Shown in pieces: positions 9,713-18,401 of a stretch of 40,738 nt of DNA; the first letter of the stretch is position 1; each line of letters opens with the position of its first letter. Origin of the DNA: Candidatus Woesearchaeota archaeon B3_Woes. GTDB taxonomy: Archaea; Nanobdellota; Nanobdellia; Woesearchaeales; B3-WOES. Below the pieces are notes generated by a model, which was given only the letters and a program-made list of their open reading frames with translations, did no database searches and was not told the DNA's origin. The stretch lies in NCBI GenBank assembly GCA_005222965.1, contig NJBG01000001.1, forward strand, positions 394,323 through 435,060, written 5' to 3'. A program made the translations under genes and the position numbers.

Positions 9713-11404
9713 ATGAAAAATAATTTACCTAATAATTTTGTTGAAGGAGTAACTAATAGTGTTCAATTTAATATAACCCAAAAGTTAGTTGATAAATTTG
9801 TTGAATTAACTGGAGATTCAAGTTCACTTCATACAGACAAGGATTTTGGAGACAAATCAATGTATGATAATAAAGTGGTTCATGGGATGTTACCATTAAT
9901 TTTTATAGCCGAGTTAGAAAAATTATACCCAAAAGAATATTCTTGTATTTTTAAGGAGATATCTGCAAGATTCTTAAAGCCTATTTTTTTGAATGATAAA
10001 CTATCATTAGTATCTGAGATATCTGAAATAAATGAAAAAGAAAACCAAATTAGAGTTGAATATATTCTAAAAAAGATTGGATCAGAATCTGTTTTGACAA
10101 CAGGCTATTTTAAAATTAAATATAAAAAGACTAATGGATCTAAAGAATTGCTTGAAAAAAATATTAAAAAAGATTCTAAAAAAGGATTAGTTCTTGATTC
10201 TTTAAAAGAAGAGACCATAACTTTTGAGAACATAGAAAAAGGGGATAAAAAAAGTTTTAATTTTAAAGTTAGTGAAAAAGATTTATTATCTACTTATAAT
10301 ATTCTATTAAAAAATACAAATTATGATACTTGGTCTGGGAAAAATGTTTCAAAAAATTTAATTGTAAGTTGTCTATTTTCTACTTTTGTAGGTATGTGTA
10401 TTCCAGGAAGACATGCAACATTTACTGATTTTAAAATAAATTTTGAAAACGATGTTGAATTGAATAAAAAATATAAATTTTTAGGTAAAGTTAGTTTTAA
10501 ATCAAGTTCTACTTCCATCATTGTGGAAAATATTTCAATAAGTCAAAATAATGGAGAAAGAGTAATTGCATCAGGAAAAATAAATGTTAAAGTTAATGAC
10601 CCTCAAATAGAAATGCTTTCTCTTGAATCTCTTAAAAAAGAAGGATTAGATTTAGAATTAAAAGACAAAGTTGTATTAATAACAGGTGCAAGTTCTGGAA
10701 TAGGTCAAACAACAGCTAAATTGTTTTCTTTATATGGTACAAAAGTTATTATAAATTACTTTAAAGGAAAAGATTCTGCAGAAAGAATTGTAAAAGAAAT
10801 TATAAAAAATAAAGGGGATGCAATTGCTATTAAGGCTGATATAAGAGACATAAAACAAGTTAAAAAGATGGTGAATACTGCTTGTAAAAAATATGGTGAT
10901 ATCCATATTTTAGTTAATAATGCAGTAAAAGGATTTTATCCAAAATCATTTACAGATCTTAATTGGGAAGACGTTCAAGGAGAGATGGATGTTACTTTAA
11001 AAGGAACATTTAATTGTTGTCAGGAAATAATTCCTTTAATGTTAAAAAATAAAAGTGGAAAAATAATTAATATGTTAACAGTTGCAACAGAATCTCCTCC
11101 TGCAAATCAAGCAAAATATGTTATTGCAAAATCGGCTTTAATAGGTCTTACTAGAAGTCTTGCTGTAGATTTAGCTCCTAGCAATATACAGGTTAACATG
11201 GTATCTCCAAGTATTGTGAAAACAAATCTAACAAAACACGTTTCAAATATCTTTTTAGATAGATTAAAAAATGAAACACCTATGAAAAGAAATGCTACTC
11301 CTGTTGATGTTGCAAAGGCAATCATCTTTTTATCATCTTCACTTGCACCATATACTACAGGTCAAAAAATAATGGTAACAGGAGGTAATCCTCCTTTTCT
11401 TTAA
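9713..11404 (+). CDS. Fusion: MaoC hot-dog dehydratase + degenerate second hot-dog domain + FabG-like SDR reductase
   Basis: N-term FVELTGDSSSLH...VVHGML...ARFLKP; middle FSTFVGMCIPG; C-term ITGASSGIG, NNA, YVIAK, TGQKIMVTGG. Confidence 0.85.
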   Translation: MKNNLPNNFVEGVTNSVQFNITQKLVDKFVELTGDSSSLHTDKDFGDKSMYDNKVVHGMLPLIFIAELEKLYPKEYSCIFKEISARFLKPIFLNDKLSLVSEISEINEKENQIRVEYILKKIGSESVLTTGYFKIKYKKTNGSKELLEKNIKKDSKKGLVLDSLKEETITFENIEKGDKKSFNFKVSEKDLLSTYNILLKNTNYDTWSGKNVSKNLIVSCLFSTFVGMCIPGRHATFTDFKINFENDVELNKKYKFLGKVSFKSSSTSIIVENISISQNNGERVIASGKINVKVNDPQIEMLSLESLKKEGLDLELKDKVVLITGASSGIGQTTAKLFSLYGTKVIINYFKGKDSAERIVKEIIKNKGDAIAIKADIRDIKQVKKMVNTACKKYGDIHILVNNAVKGFYPKSFTDLNWEDVQGEMDVTLKGTFNCCQEIIPLMLKNKSGKIINMLTVATESPPANQAKYVIAKSALIGLTRSLAVDLAPSNIQVNMVSPSIVKTNLTKHVSNIFLDRLKNETPMKRNATPVDVAKAIIFLSSSLAPYTTGQKIMVTGGNPPFL

Positions 11405-11423
11405 TTAAATAAAAAATATTAAA

Positions 11424-12248
11424 ATGGTCAAAGATCCAAAATTATATGAATCAAATGGAAAATTAATTTATCGTTCTGATTTTGTCAGAGCATTAAAGAA
11501 ATTAGGTATTAAAAAAGGGGATGTTGTTTTTGTTCATTCCAGTCTTGGTGTATTTGGAAAACCACCTTCATTTGAGAGGAGTTGGATTTTAGAAAATTTA
11601 ATTGATGTATTAAAAGAAAGTGTAGGTAAAGAAGGCACTTTAATCGTACCGACATTTAGTTATAGTTTCTGCAAAGGAGAAGTTTATGATAAGGATAAAA
11701 CATTATCAACCATTGGAATATTACCAGAGTTTTTTAGAAATCTGCCAGATGTAGTTAGAACAAACCACCCAATATTTTCTGTTGGAATCTGGGGCAAAAA
11801 CAAAGATTATTATTTAGATATAAGTAAAGATTCTTTTGGTAAAAATTCTATATTTGGAAAGCTACATAAAAACAACGCAAAACTAATACTTTTTGGTGCA
11901 CCTTTTGAAAGCTCAACATTTAATTATTATGTTGAACAAAGTTATGGTATTCCATATAGGTATATGAAAACATTTAAGGGCAAAATAAGAAAGAAAGGCA
12001 TAGAGTATGAAGATAAATGTACTTATTTTGTTAAATACTTAAACAAAAATGTAGTTGCAGATAAAAAAAGATTTGAAAATCATCTAAGGAAAAAAGGTTT
12101 AATCAATGATGTTAAAGTTGGTAATGGGAATATATTAATGGTTGAATTAAAAAAATGGTATGAAGAAGGTTTTAAAGTTTTAAATAAAGATATTTTTTTC
12201 TTTTTAAAAGAAAAACCTAATTTAAAAAATATTAAGATTATAAAATGA
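11424..12248 (+). CDS. AAC(3)/Antibiotic_NAT family N-acyltransferase
   Basis: LGIKKGDVVFVHSSL, GTLIVPTFSYSF, GILPEFFR, RTNHPIFSV, SFGKNSIF, IPYRYMKTF. Confidence 0.88.
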   Translation: MVKDPKLYESNGKLIYRSDFVRALKKLGIKKGDVVFVHSSLGVFGKPPSFERSWILENLIDVLKESVGKEGTLIVPTFSYSFCKGEVYDKDKTLSTIGILPEFFRNLPDVVRTNHPIFSVGIWGKNKDYYLDISKDSFGKNSIFGKLHKNNAKLILFGAPFESSTFNYYVEQSYGIPYRYMKTFKGKIRKKGIEYEDKCTYFVKYLNKNVVADKKRFENHLRKKGLINDVKVGNGNILMVELKKWYEEGFKVLNKDIFFFLKEKPNLKNIKIIK

Positions 12249-12979
12249 AAATAGTAGCAATAATACAAGCAAGGATGGGTTCATCGCGGCTTCCTGGAAA
12301 AATGATGAAGTTAATAAATAACAAACCCATCATCTGGCATGTAATAAATAATGTTAAAACTGTAAAATCTATTAATAGTATTGTTATAGCAACCAGTACT
12401 GAAAAGAATAATGATATTTTGATTGAAGAAGTTAAAAAATATGGAGTTGATGTTTTTGTAGGAAGTGAAAATGATGTTTTAGATAGATATTACCAAGCTG
12501 CAAAAACGTTTAAAGCAGATGTCATTGTAAGAATAACTGCTGATTGCCCCTTAATTGATTCTGAAGTTGTTGAAAGAGTCATAGAGGTATTTAAAGAAAA
12601 TAAATGCGATTATGCCTCAAATACTCTTCCTCCTTCTTATCCTGATGGTCTTGATGTAGAGGTATTTTCTTTTGATACATTAGAAAAAACATGGAAAGAA
12701 GCAAAACAAGAATCAGAAAGAGAACATGTAACATCTTATATGAAGGTAGGGAAAAATGAAAGCAAATTCAAAAAAATTAACATAAAAAACAAAGAGGATT
12801 TATCACATATCAGACTAACTCTAGATTACGAAGAAGATTTTAATTTAATAAAAGAAATAATTGAGAGAATAAATAAAAACCAAATACATCTAAGTGATAT
12901 TTTAGAATTAATTAAAAAAGATCCAAGATTATTAAACATAAATAATAAATTTGAAAGAAACAATGGTGAAAAAAGATAA
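12245..12979 (+). CDS. SpsF-like cytidylyltransferase (CMP-nonulosonate synthetase family)
   Basis: IIQARMGSSRLPGK, GSENDVLDRY, VRITADCP, YPDGLDVEVF, EREHVT, RLTLDYEED. Confidence 0.88.
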   Translation: MKIVAIIQARMGSSRLPGKMMKLINNKPIIWHVINNVKTVKSINSIVIATSTEKNNDILIEEVKKYGVDVFVGSENDVLDRYYQAAKTFKADVIVRITADCPLIDSEVVERVIEVFKENKCDYASNTLPPSYPDGLDVEVFSFDTLEKTWKEAKQESEREHVTSYMKVGKNESKFKKINIKNKEDLSHIRLTLDYEEDFNLIKEIIERINKNQIHLSDILELIKKDPRLLNINNKFERNNGEKR

Positions 12980-12980
12980 A

Positions 12981-13961
12981 ATGGTCTATACAAAAAAAAT
13001 ATTTATAACTGGTGGTTGTGGGTTCATTGGATCTAATTTTATTAAACTTTTATTAAATGAAACAGAATATCAAATTATTAATTATGATATGTTAACATAT
13101 GCAGGCAACTTAAATAATTTAAAGGAGGATGAAAAAAATCCAAAATATTTTTTTATAAAAGGGGATATATGTGATAAAGAACGGGTCTTAAAAAGTTTAG
13201 AAGGGTGCGATGTTCTTATCAATTTTGCTGCTGAAAGTCATGTAGATAGGTCTATAAAAAATGCGAGCAATTTTATTACCACAAATATTTTAGGAACATC
13301 GATACTTCTTGATGCTGCAAAAGAATTAGGAATAAAAAAATTCATTCAAATTAGTACAGATGAAGTGTATGGTTCATTGACGAAAGAGGATTCTTCAAGT
13401 AAAGAAGAGGACATACTTAAACCAAGTAGCCCTTATTCAAGTTCAAAAGCATCTGCTGAATTGCTCGCTTTATCATATTACAAAACCCACAAGTTACCAG
13501 TGATAATCACAAGGAGCTCAAATAATTATGGACTTTATCAATATCCAGAAAAATTAATCCCTTTATTTATAATCAATCTTATCAACAATAAGAAAGTTTC
13601 TTTAATGGGAAAAGGAGAGAATATACGAGACTGGATTCATGTAGAAGATAATTGTCGAGGAATACTTAATATAATTGAAAAAGGGAAAGTTGGTGAAATT
13701 TATAATATTGGTGGCGAAAATGAAAAAACAAATATGGAAATAACAAAATGTATTCTAGATGAATTTAATAAAGATGAATCTTGGATAAAAGAAATACCAC
13801 ACAGATTAGGACACGATTTTAGATATTCTTTAGATTGCAGCAAAATAAAACAATTGGGATGGAAACCAAAATATACATTTCAGGAAGGTATGAAAAAAAC
13901 AATAAAATGGTATAGAGAAAATCCTTCTTGGTGGAAAAAATTAATGGAGGAATCGAAATGA
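12981..13961 (+). CDS. rmlB: dTDP-glucose 4,6-dehydratase
   Basis: TGGCGFIGSNF, LTYAGN, NFAAESHVDRS, ISTDEVYG, PSSPYSSSK, NNYG..QYPEKLIP, R.GHDFRY. ATG 12963 is an alternative start. Confidence 0.95.
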   Translation: MVYTKKIFITGGCGFIGSNFIKLLLNETEYQIINYDMLTYAGNLNNLKEDEKNPKYFFIKGDICDKERVLKSLEGCDVLINFAAESHVDRSIKNASNFITTNILGTSILLDAAKELGIKKFIQISTDEVYGSLTKEDSSSKEEDILKPSSPYSSSKASAELLALSYYKTHKLPVIITRSSNNYGLYQYPEKLIPLFIINLINNKKVSLMGKGENIRDWIHVEDNCRGILNIIEKGKVGEIYNIGGENEKTNMEITKCILDEFNKDESWIKEIPHRLGHDFRYSLDCSKIKQLGWKPKYTFQEGMKKTIKWYRENPSWWKKLMEESK

Positions 13962-14686
13962 AAGGAGTAATTTTAGCAGGAGGAAATGGATCTAGGTTAT
14001 TTCCTCTAACGAAAACAACAAATAAGCATCTTTTACCAATCTACAATAAACAGATGATTCTATATCCTTTAGAGACTCTGAAAAAATCAGGTATAACTAA
14101 TGTTTTGATTATAAGTGGTCCAGGACACGCAGGTCAATTTCTTGAATTATTAGGTTCTGGTTATGATGAGGGTCTTGATATAAAATATGCTATACAAGAA
14201 AAAGCACTAGGAATTGCCCACGCAATATGGGTTGCTGCAAGGGATTTTGCAAAAGGAGAAGAAATAGTGGTGATATTAGGGGACAATATCTTAGAAGAAA
14301 GTATAGAAGAGGATATTAAATCTTTTAAAGGAGGAGCCAAGATTTTTCTAAAGAAAGTTAAGAACCCAAAAGAGTTCGGGGTTGCTGAAATTGAAGATGG
14401 GCGTATAAAAAGTATTGAAGAAAAACCCAAGAATCCGAAAAGCGATCTTGCTGTTGTTGGTGTATATATCTATGATAAACACGTCTATGAATATTCAGAA
14501 AAGTTAGCACCTTCTGAAAGAAATGAAGTAGAGGTAACTGATTTAAATAATGTATATTTAGAAAAAGGGCAATTGGATTTTAAAGAATTAAAAGGCAATT
14601 GGTTAGATGCAGGAACAATAGAAGGTTTATTTGAAGCTTCTGAAATCGAAAGAGGTTATAAAAAAAATGGTAATAAACAAAAATAA
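13958..14686 (+). CDS. rmlA: Glucose-1-phosphate thymidylyltransferase, short (SpsI-like) form
   Basis: MKGVILAGGNGSRLFPLT, NKHLLPIYNKQMI, LGDN, EEKP, WLDAGT; GGAGG SD at 13946-13950; ATGA overlap with rmlB. Confidence 0.9.
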   Translation: MKGVILAGGNGSRLFPLTKTTNKHLLPIYNKQMILYPLETLKKSGITNVLIISGPGHAGQFLELLGSGYDEGLDIKYAIQEKALGIAHAIWVAARDFAKGEEIVVILGDNILEESIEEDIKSFKGGAKIFLKKVKNPKEFGVAEIEDGRIKSIEEKPKNPKSDLAVVGVYIYDKHVYEYSEKLAPSERNEVEVTDLNNVYLEKGQLDFKELKGNWLDAGTIEGLFEASEIERGYKKNGNKQK

Positions 14687-15440
14687 ATCCACAACTAAGA
14701 AAGTAGTTATTATAACAGGAGGGGCTGGGCAGCTCGGTTCTTCCATATGTTGTCATTTTGATGAATTAAATAATAAAGTTTTTATGGCAGATTTAGATGA
14801 GAATATATGTAAAAAAAGAATATCTAAGTTAGGTTTAAAAAACACTTTCCCTCTTGAATTAGATGTTACAAACATAAAATCTATAGAATCTGCATTTAAA
14901 AAAATAATTAATAAATTTGGAAGAATTGATATACTAGTAAATAACGCAGGAATATCTGCTTTTACTTCTTTTGAAAAAAGAACTTTTGAAGAATTTGATA
15001 AAGTTATGAAAGTTAATCTTTATGGTACTTTTTTTTGTTCTCAAAGAGCATTATATTATATGGAAAAACAAAAAAAAGGTTGTATTGTTAACATAGGTTC
15101 TGTTTATGGTGTAAAAAGTCCAGATCCAAGGATTTATGGAAATTCTGGTAGAAACAGTCCTGAAGTGTATGGAGCTAGTAAAGCAGGAGTCATACAAATG
15201 ACAAGATATCTTGCAGTACATGTAAAATGTAAAAAAATAAGAATAAATTGTGTTAGTCCTGGTGGAATTTTCAACAATCAAGATAAAAAATTTGTTAAGA
15301 ATTATATCAACAAAACACCAATGAAGAAAATGGCGAATGAAGATGAAATTGCTAAAACAATTGTTTTTCTTTGTTCTGATAACTCTTCATATATAACTGG
15401 ACAAAATATAATTGCAGACGGGGGATTTACAATATGGTAA
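14667..15440 (+). CDS. SDR oxidoreductase, PtmA-like (nonulosonate-pathway associated)
   Basis: ITGGAGQLG, NNAG, NIGSVYG..SPD.RIY, YGASKAGVIQMTRYLA, NCVSPGGI. Confidence 0.82.
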   Translation: MVINKNKSTTKKVVIITGGAGQLGSSICCHFDELNNKVFMADLDENICKKRISKLGLKNTFPLELDVTNIKSIESAFKKIINKFGRIDILVNNAGISAFTSFEKRTFEEFDKVMKVNLYGTFFCSQRALYYMEKQKKGCIVNIGSVYGVKSPDPRIYGNSGRNSPEVYGASKAGVIQMTRYLAVHVKCKKIRINCVSPGGIFNNQDKKFVKNYINKTPMKKMANEDEIAKTIVFLCSDNSSYITGQNIIADGGFTIW

Positions 15441-16276
15441 AAACAATCTCAATTTGTAATAGAAAGATTGGTAAAGGAGAAAGGACATTTATCATTGCTG
15501 AAGCAGGTATAAATCATAATGGGGATATTAACATCGCTAAAAAATTGATTCACGAAGCAAAAAAAGCAGGTGCTGATGCTATAAAGTTTCAAACTTATAT
15601 TACTGAGAATAGGGTGCCAAAAGATAATCCTGTCTATAGTATACTTAAAAAAAGTGAACTGAATAAAGAACAAATAAATGTATTGAAAGAATTCGCTGAA
15701 CAAGAAGATATTATATTTTTTTCATCTCCTTTTGATGAAGAAAGTGTTGATGTTCTCTTAGATCTTAAAGTTCCACTTATTAAAATTACATCAATGCACG
15801 TAACTCATCTAAGATTATTAAGAAAAGTGGCCAAAACAAAAACACCAGTAATTATGTCAAGGGGAATGGCAAGCGTTAATGATATGGATAAAGCAATAGA
15901 AATTTTTGAAAAGTATGGCTGCCCTTACATTTTAATGCATTGTGTGTCATCATATCCTATGAAAGAGGAAGATGCTAATATTTCAATAGTAAGGACAATG
16001 ATTGAAAGGTATAAATGCCCTATAGGGTATTCTGATCATTCAAAAGGAATAAAAGTGCCTTTAATTGCTATAGCTGGTGGGGCAAATATTATTGAAAAAC
16101 ATTTTACACATGATAAAAAATATGATTGTGCTGATCAGATTTTATCTTCAGATCCCATGGAATTAAAAAAATTAGTAGATGAAGCAAGAAAAATTGAAAC
16201 AATTCTTGGTAAACCAGATATAAGACTTTTAGATTGTGAAAAAGGCACAGTACAATACAAGTTTAAGAGCAAATAA
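15434..16276 (+). CDS. NeuB-family nonulosonic acid synthase (short, apparently without the C-terminal SAF/AFP-like domain)
   Basis: IIAEAGINHNGD, GADAIKFQ, SPFD, MHCVSSYP, GYSDHS, IIEKHFT; ends at 280 aa. Confidence 0.9.
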   Translation: MVKTISICNRKIGKGERTFIIAEAGINHNGDINIAKKLIHEAKKAGADAIKFQTYITENRVPKDNPVYSILKKSELNKEQINVLKEFAEQEDIIFFSSPFDEESVDVLLDLKVPLIKITSMHVTHLRLLRKVAKTKTPVIMSRGMASVNDMDKAIEIFEKYGCPYILMHCVSSYPMKEEDANISIVRTMIERYKCPIGYSDHSKGIKVPLIAIAGGANIIEKHFTHDKKYDCADQILSSDPMELKKLVDEARKIETILGKPDIRLLDCEKGTVQYKFKSK

Positions 16277-16277
16277 T

Positions 16278-17045
16278 ATGAAAAATATTAAAATAGTCAC
16301 ACCAGTTTCGCATTTATTTAAGAATGATGGTAATAGGAAAATGATTATAGAAAATAGTGATTTGTTGGAATTGAGAGATAGTTCAATTCTTTTGGATTCT
16401 AATAATATTAAACTATACCATTCTGATTATAATTTAGTAACATTATTCGATAAAAATACTTTGAAGAGATTTGAAGAGTTTAAAGTTAGATATAATTTTG
16501 ATGCGATATCATTTCATCTTAGTTCAAAGTATAAAAAAAATAAGATAATAAATAATTCCTTTGTTGGTATTGGAAAACCATTAACAGAAACAGAAATGAA
16601 ATCGAATATTAAAAAGAATATTCAAACATTAAGAAAAATTTTTGATGATATCCCAATAATGGTGGAGAATAATAATCATTTAAAATCAGATGCATATGAT
16701 ATTATTACTGAACCTAGATTTATTAGTAAGATAGTGAATGAAAATAATATTTATTTTCTTTTTGATATTCCACACGCATTAATTTCCAAGATTAATACAA
16801 ATCAAGAAAATTATATTTCAAAATTGCCACTCAAACGAACATTGCAAATCCATATTAGCAAACATGGTTTCAAAAAAGGGGAGATAATAGATGCGCATGA
16901 AGAACTAAAAGAAGAGGATTGGAATTTTTTGAAGGAAACGATATCAAAAACTTTTAAACTTAAATATATTACAATTGAATATTATAAAAATGGAACAAAA
17001 TTAATAGAACAACTCAAAAGACTTAATCAAATAATAAAAAACTAA
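16278..17045 (+). CDS. Metal-binding TIM-barrel protein, DUF692 (MNIO)/xylose-isomerase-like
   Basis: Ordered candidate ligands LYH, ISFHL, MVENN, FLFDIPHA, QIHIS, DAH, TIEYY; ATG 16278 follows the NeuB stop. Confidence 0.65.
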   Translation: MKNIKIVTPVSHLFKNDGNRKMIIENSDLLELRDSSILLDSNNIKLYHSDYNLVTLFDKNTLKRFEEFKVRYNFDAISFHLSSKYKKNKIINNSFVGIGKPLTETEMKSNIKKNIQTLRKIFDDIPIMVENNNHLKSDAYDIITEPRFISKIVNENNIYFLFDIPHALISKINTNQENYISKLPLKRTLQIHISKHGFKKGEIIDAHEELKEEDWNFLKETISKTFKLKYITIEYYKNGTKLIEQLKRLNQIIKN

Positions 17046-17066
17046 TATTATGGAGGCAAGGTTATT

Positions 17067-17387
17067 ATGAAAGTTCATCATATTGGGATTATTGTAAAAG
17101 AATTTAAACCACTTCAAGATTTGTTTGTTGGGATGGGTGGTAAAGTTATTTGTAAAGATATAGCCAAAAGATATAATGCTATATGTGTATTTATTGATAT
17201 GGGTAACGTTATTATTGAATTAGTAAAAAGCAAAAATAAGAATCAACCCAAAGAGGGATTAAATCATATCGCTTTTTATGGGAAAGGTAAATATGATGGT
17301 GCTATGCCTAATATGAAAGTTGATTTTAAAATAAAAAATAATATTATAATAGAAGAAGTTGAATTTGAAAAAAATGAAAGAAATTAA
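17067..17387 (+). CDS. VOC family protein (methylmalonyl-CoA epimerase/glyoxalase-like)
   Basis: HHIGIIV, IELV, GLNHIAF, IIEEVE; GGAGG SD upstream. Confidence 0.75.
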   Translation: MKVHHIGIIVKEFKPLQDLFVGMGGKVICKDIAKRYNAICVFIDMGNVIIELVKSKNKNQPKEGLNHIAFYGKGKYDGAMPNMKVDFKIKNNIIIEEVEFEKNERN

Positions 17388-18120
17388 TCTTATACCCTGG
17401 GATTCAAAAATTCTTAATAAAAAGGTTTTTGAAATAAAATATCAGAAAGGTTTACCACTTAAAACATTAGCTAAGCTTGATAAAAGTTGTGAAAAACAAG
17501 ATGCATATTATGTATTTATTAAGGTGGATAATGATGATATTAAAACCATACATTATCTTGAGACTTTAGGATTCAATTACATAGAATTTCAGTTAAGAAT
17601 AGAAAAAAGATTAGTAAAACCATATACTCTCCCACATTATAAAAACTTTTATCTAAAAGAAATTTTTAAATCAGATGTAGATGATATTAAAAATATTTGT
17701 AAGATCGCAAAAACCACCTTTACAACTGACAGATTTTATATTGATCCTAAAATAAACAAAGATTTTTCAGGAAAAAGATATATGAATTGGATTTTAAATT
17801 CTCTTGAAGACAATACATATAAGATATATAAATATTGTTTTAAATCAAATGATGAAATTGCGGCTTTTTTAATGGTGAAAAAAGACAAAGATAAAATTTA
17901 CATAGCATTGGGTGGAACTAATCCAAAATTTAAAGGAAGTGGTATTTATTTAAGTTTACTTATCGAATATCTTAATCTATCTTATTTGAATAAGAATAAA
18001 AATATATATACAACTATAACTGCGCTTAATAAAGACGTTGTTGATTTTTATAATCTCTTAGAATTTAAAATAATTGATAGAAAAGTAGTTTTAAGAAAGG
18101 TGTACGAACATGAAAGATGA
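17374..18120 (+). CDS. GNAT acyltransferase, WecD/RffC-like
   Basis: PWDSKILNKKVFEI, LETLGF, RFYIDP, RYMNWI, PKFKGSGI, N...VDFYNLLEF. Confidence 0.75.
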   Translation: MKEINLIPWDSKILNKKVFEIKYQKGLPLKTLAKLDKSCEKQDAYYVFIKVDNDDIKTIHYLETLGFNYIEFQLRIEKRLVKPYTLPHYKNFYLKEIFKSDVDDIKNICKIAKTTFTTDRFYIDPKINKDFSGKRYMNWILNSLEDNTYKIYKYCFKSNDEIAAFLMVKKDKDKIYIALGGTNPKFKGSGIYLSLLIEYLNLSYLNKNKNIYTTITALNKDVVDFYNLLEFKIIDRKVVLRKVYEHER

Positions 18121-18400
18121 TGAAATTATAAAAGCAATATACAATGCTATTGATGATGTTAATGAGCTACTTCCAAAAGAAGAGAAATTACGCAAAGAAC
18201 CAAACACACCTATATTTGATGTATTGAGTTCTCTTTTAATATTAAATTTTATTGTAAAACTAGAAGAAAATATAAAAGAAGTTTTTAATGTAACAATAAA
18301 TTTGGCTGATGAATTAATAGTATTAAAAAAAAATAACCCTCTTAAAAATGTTCAAAATCTTAAAAACCATATCTCTTCAAATTTAAAAAACAACCAATAA
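18110..18400 (+). CDS. Acyl carrier protein paralogue (ACP2) with SSL in place of DSL
   Basis: Aligns by eye to ACP1 (KAIYxAIDxVNxxLPKE...NFIxxxExNI...TINL); Ser41 matches ACP1 Ser42. Confidence 0.78.
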   Translation: MKDDEIIKAIYNAIDDVNELLPKEEKLRKEPNTPIFDVLSSLLILNFIVKLEENIKEVFNVTINLADELIVLKKNNPLKNVQNLKNHISSNLKNNQ

Positions 18401-18401
18401 A

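Noticed and set aside
6772..11404. PKS or fatty-acid synthase cluster
   Set aside because: No ketosynthase, acyltransferase (FabD) or adenylation domain is in the window.
11424..12248. Aminoglycoside resistance gene
   Set aside because: The context is ACP/FkbH/glycan biosynthesis with no mobile element, so a biosynthetic acyltransferase is more likely.
16278..18400. MNIO RiPP cluster with precursor peptide
   Set aside because: No candidate precursor ORF was found; the small ORFs here are a VOC and an ACP.
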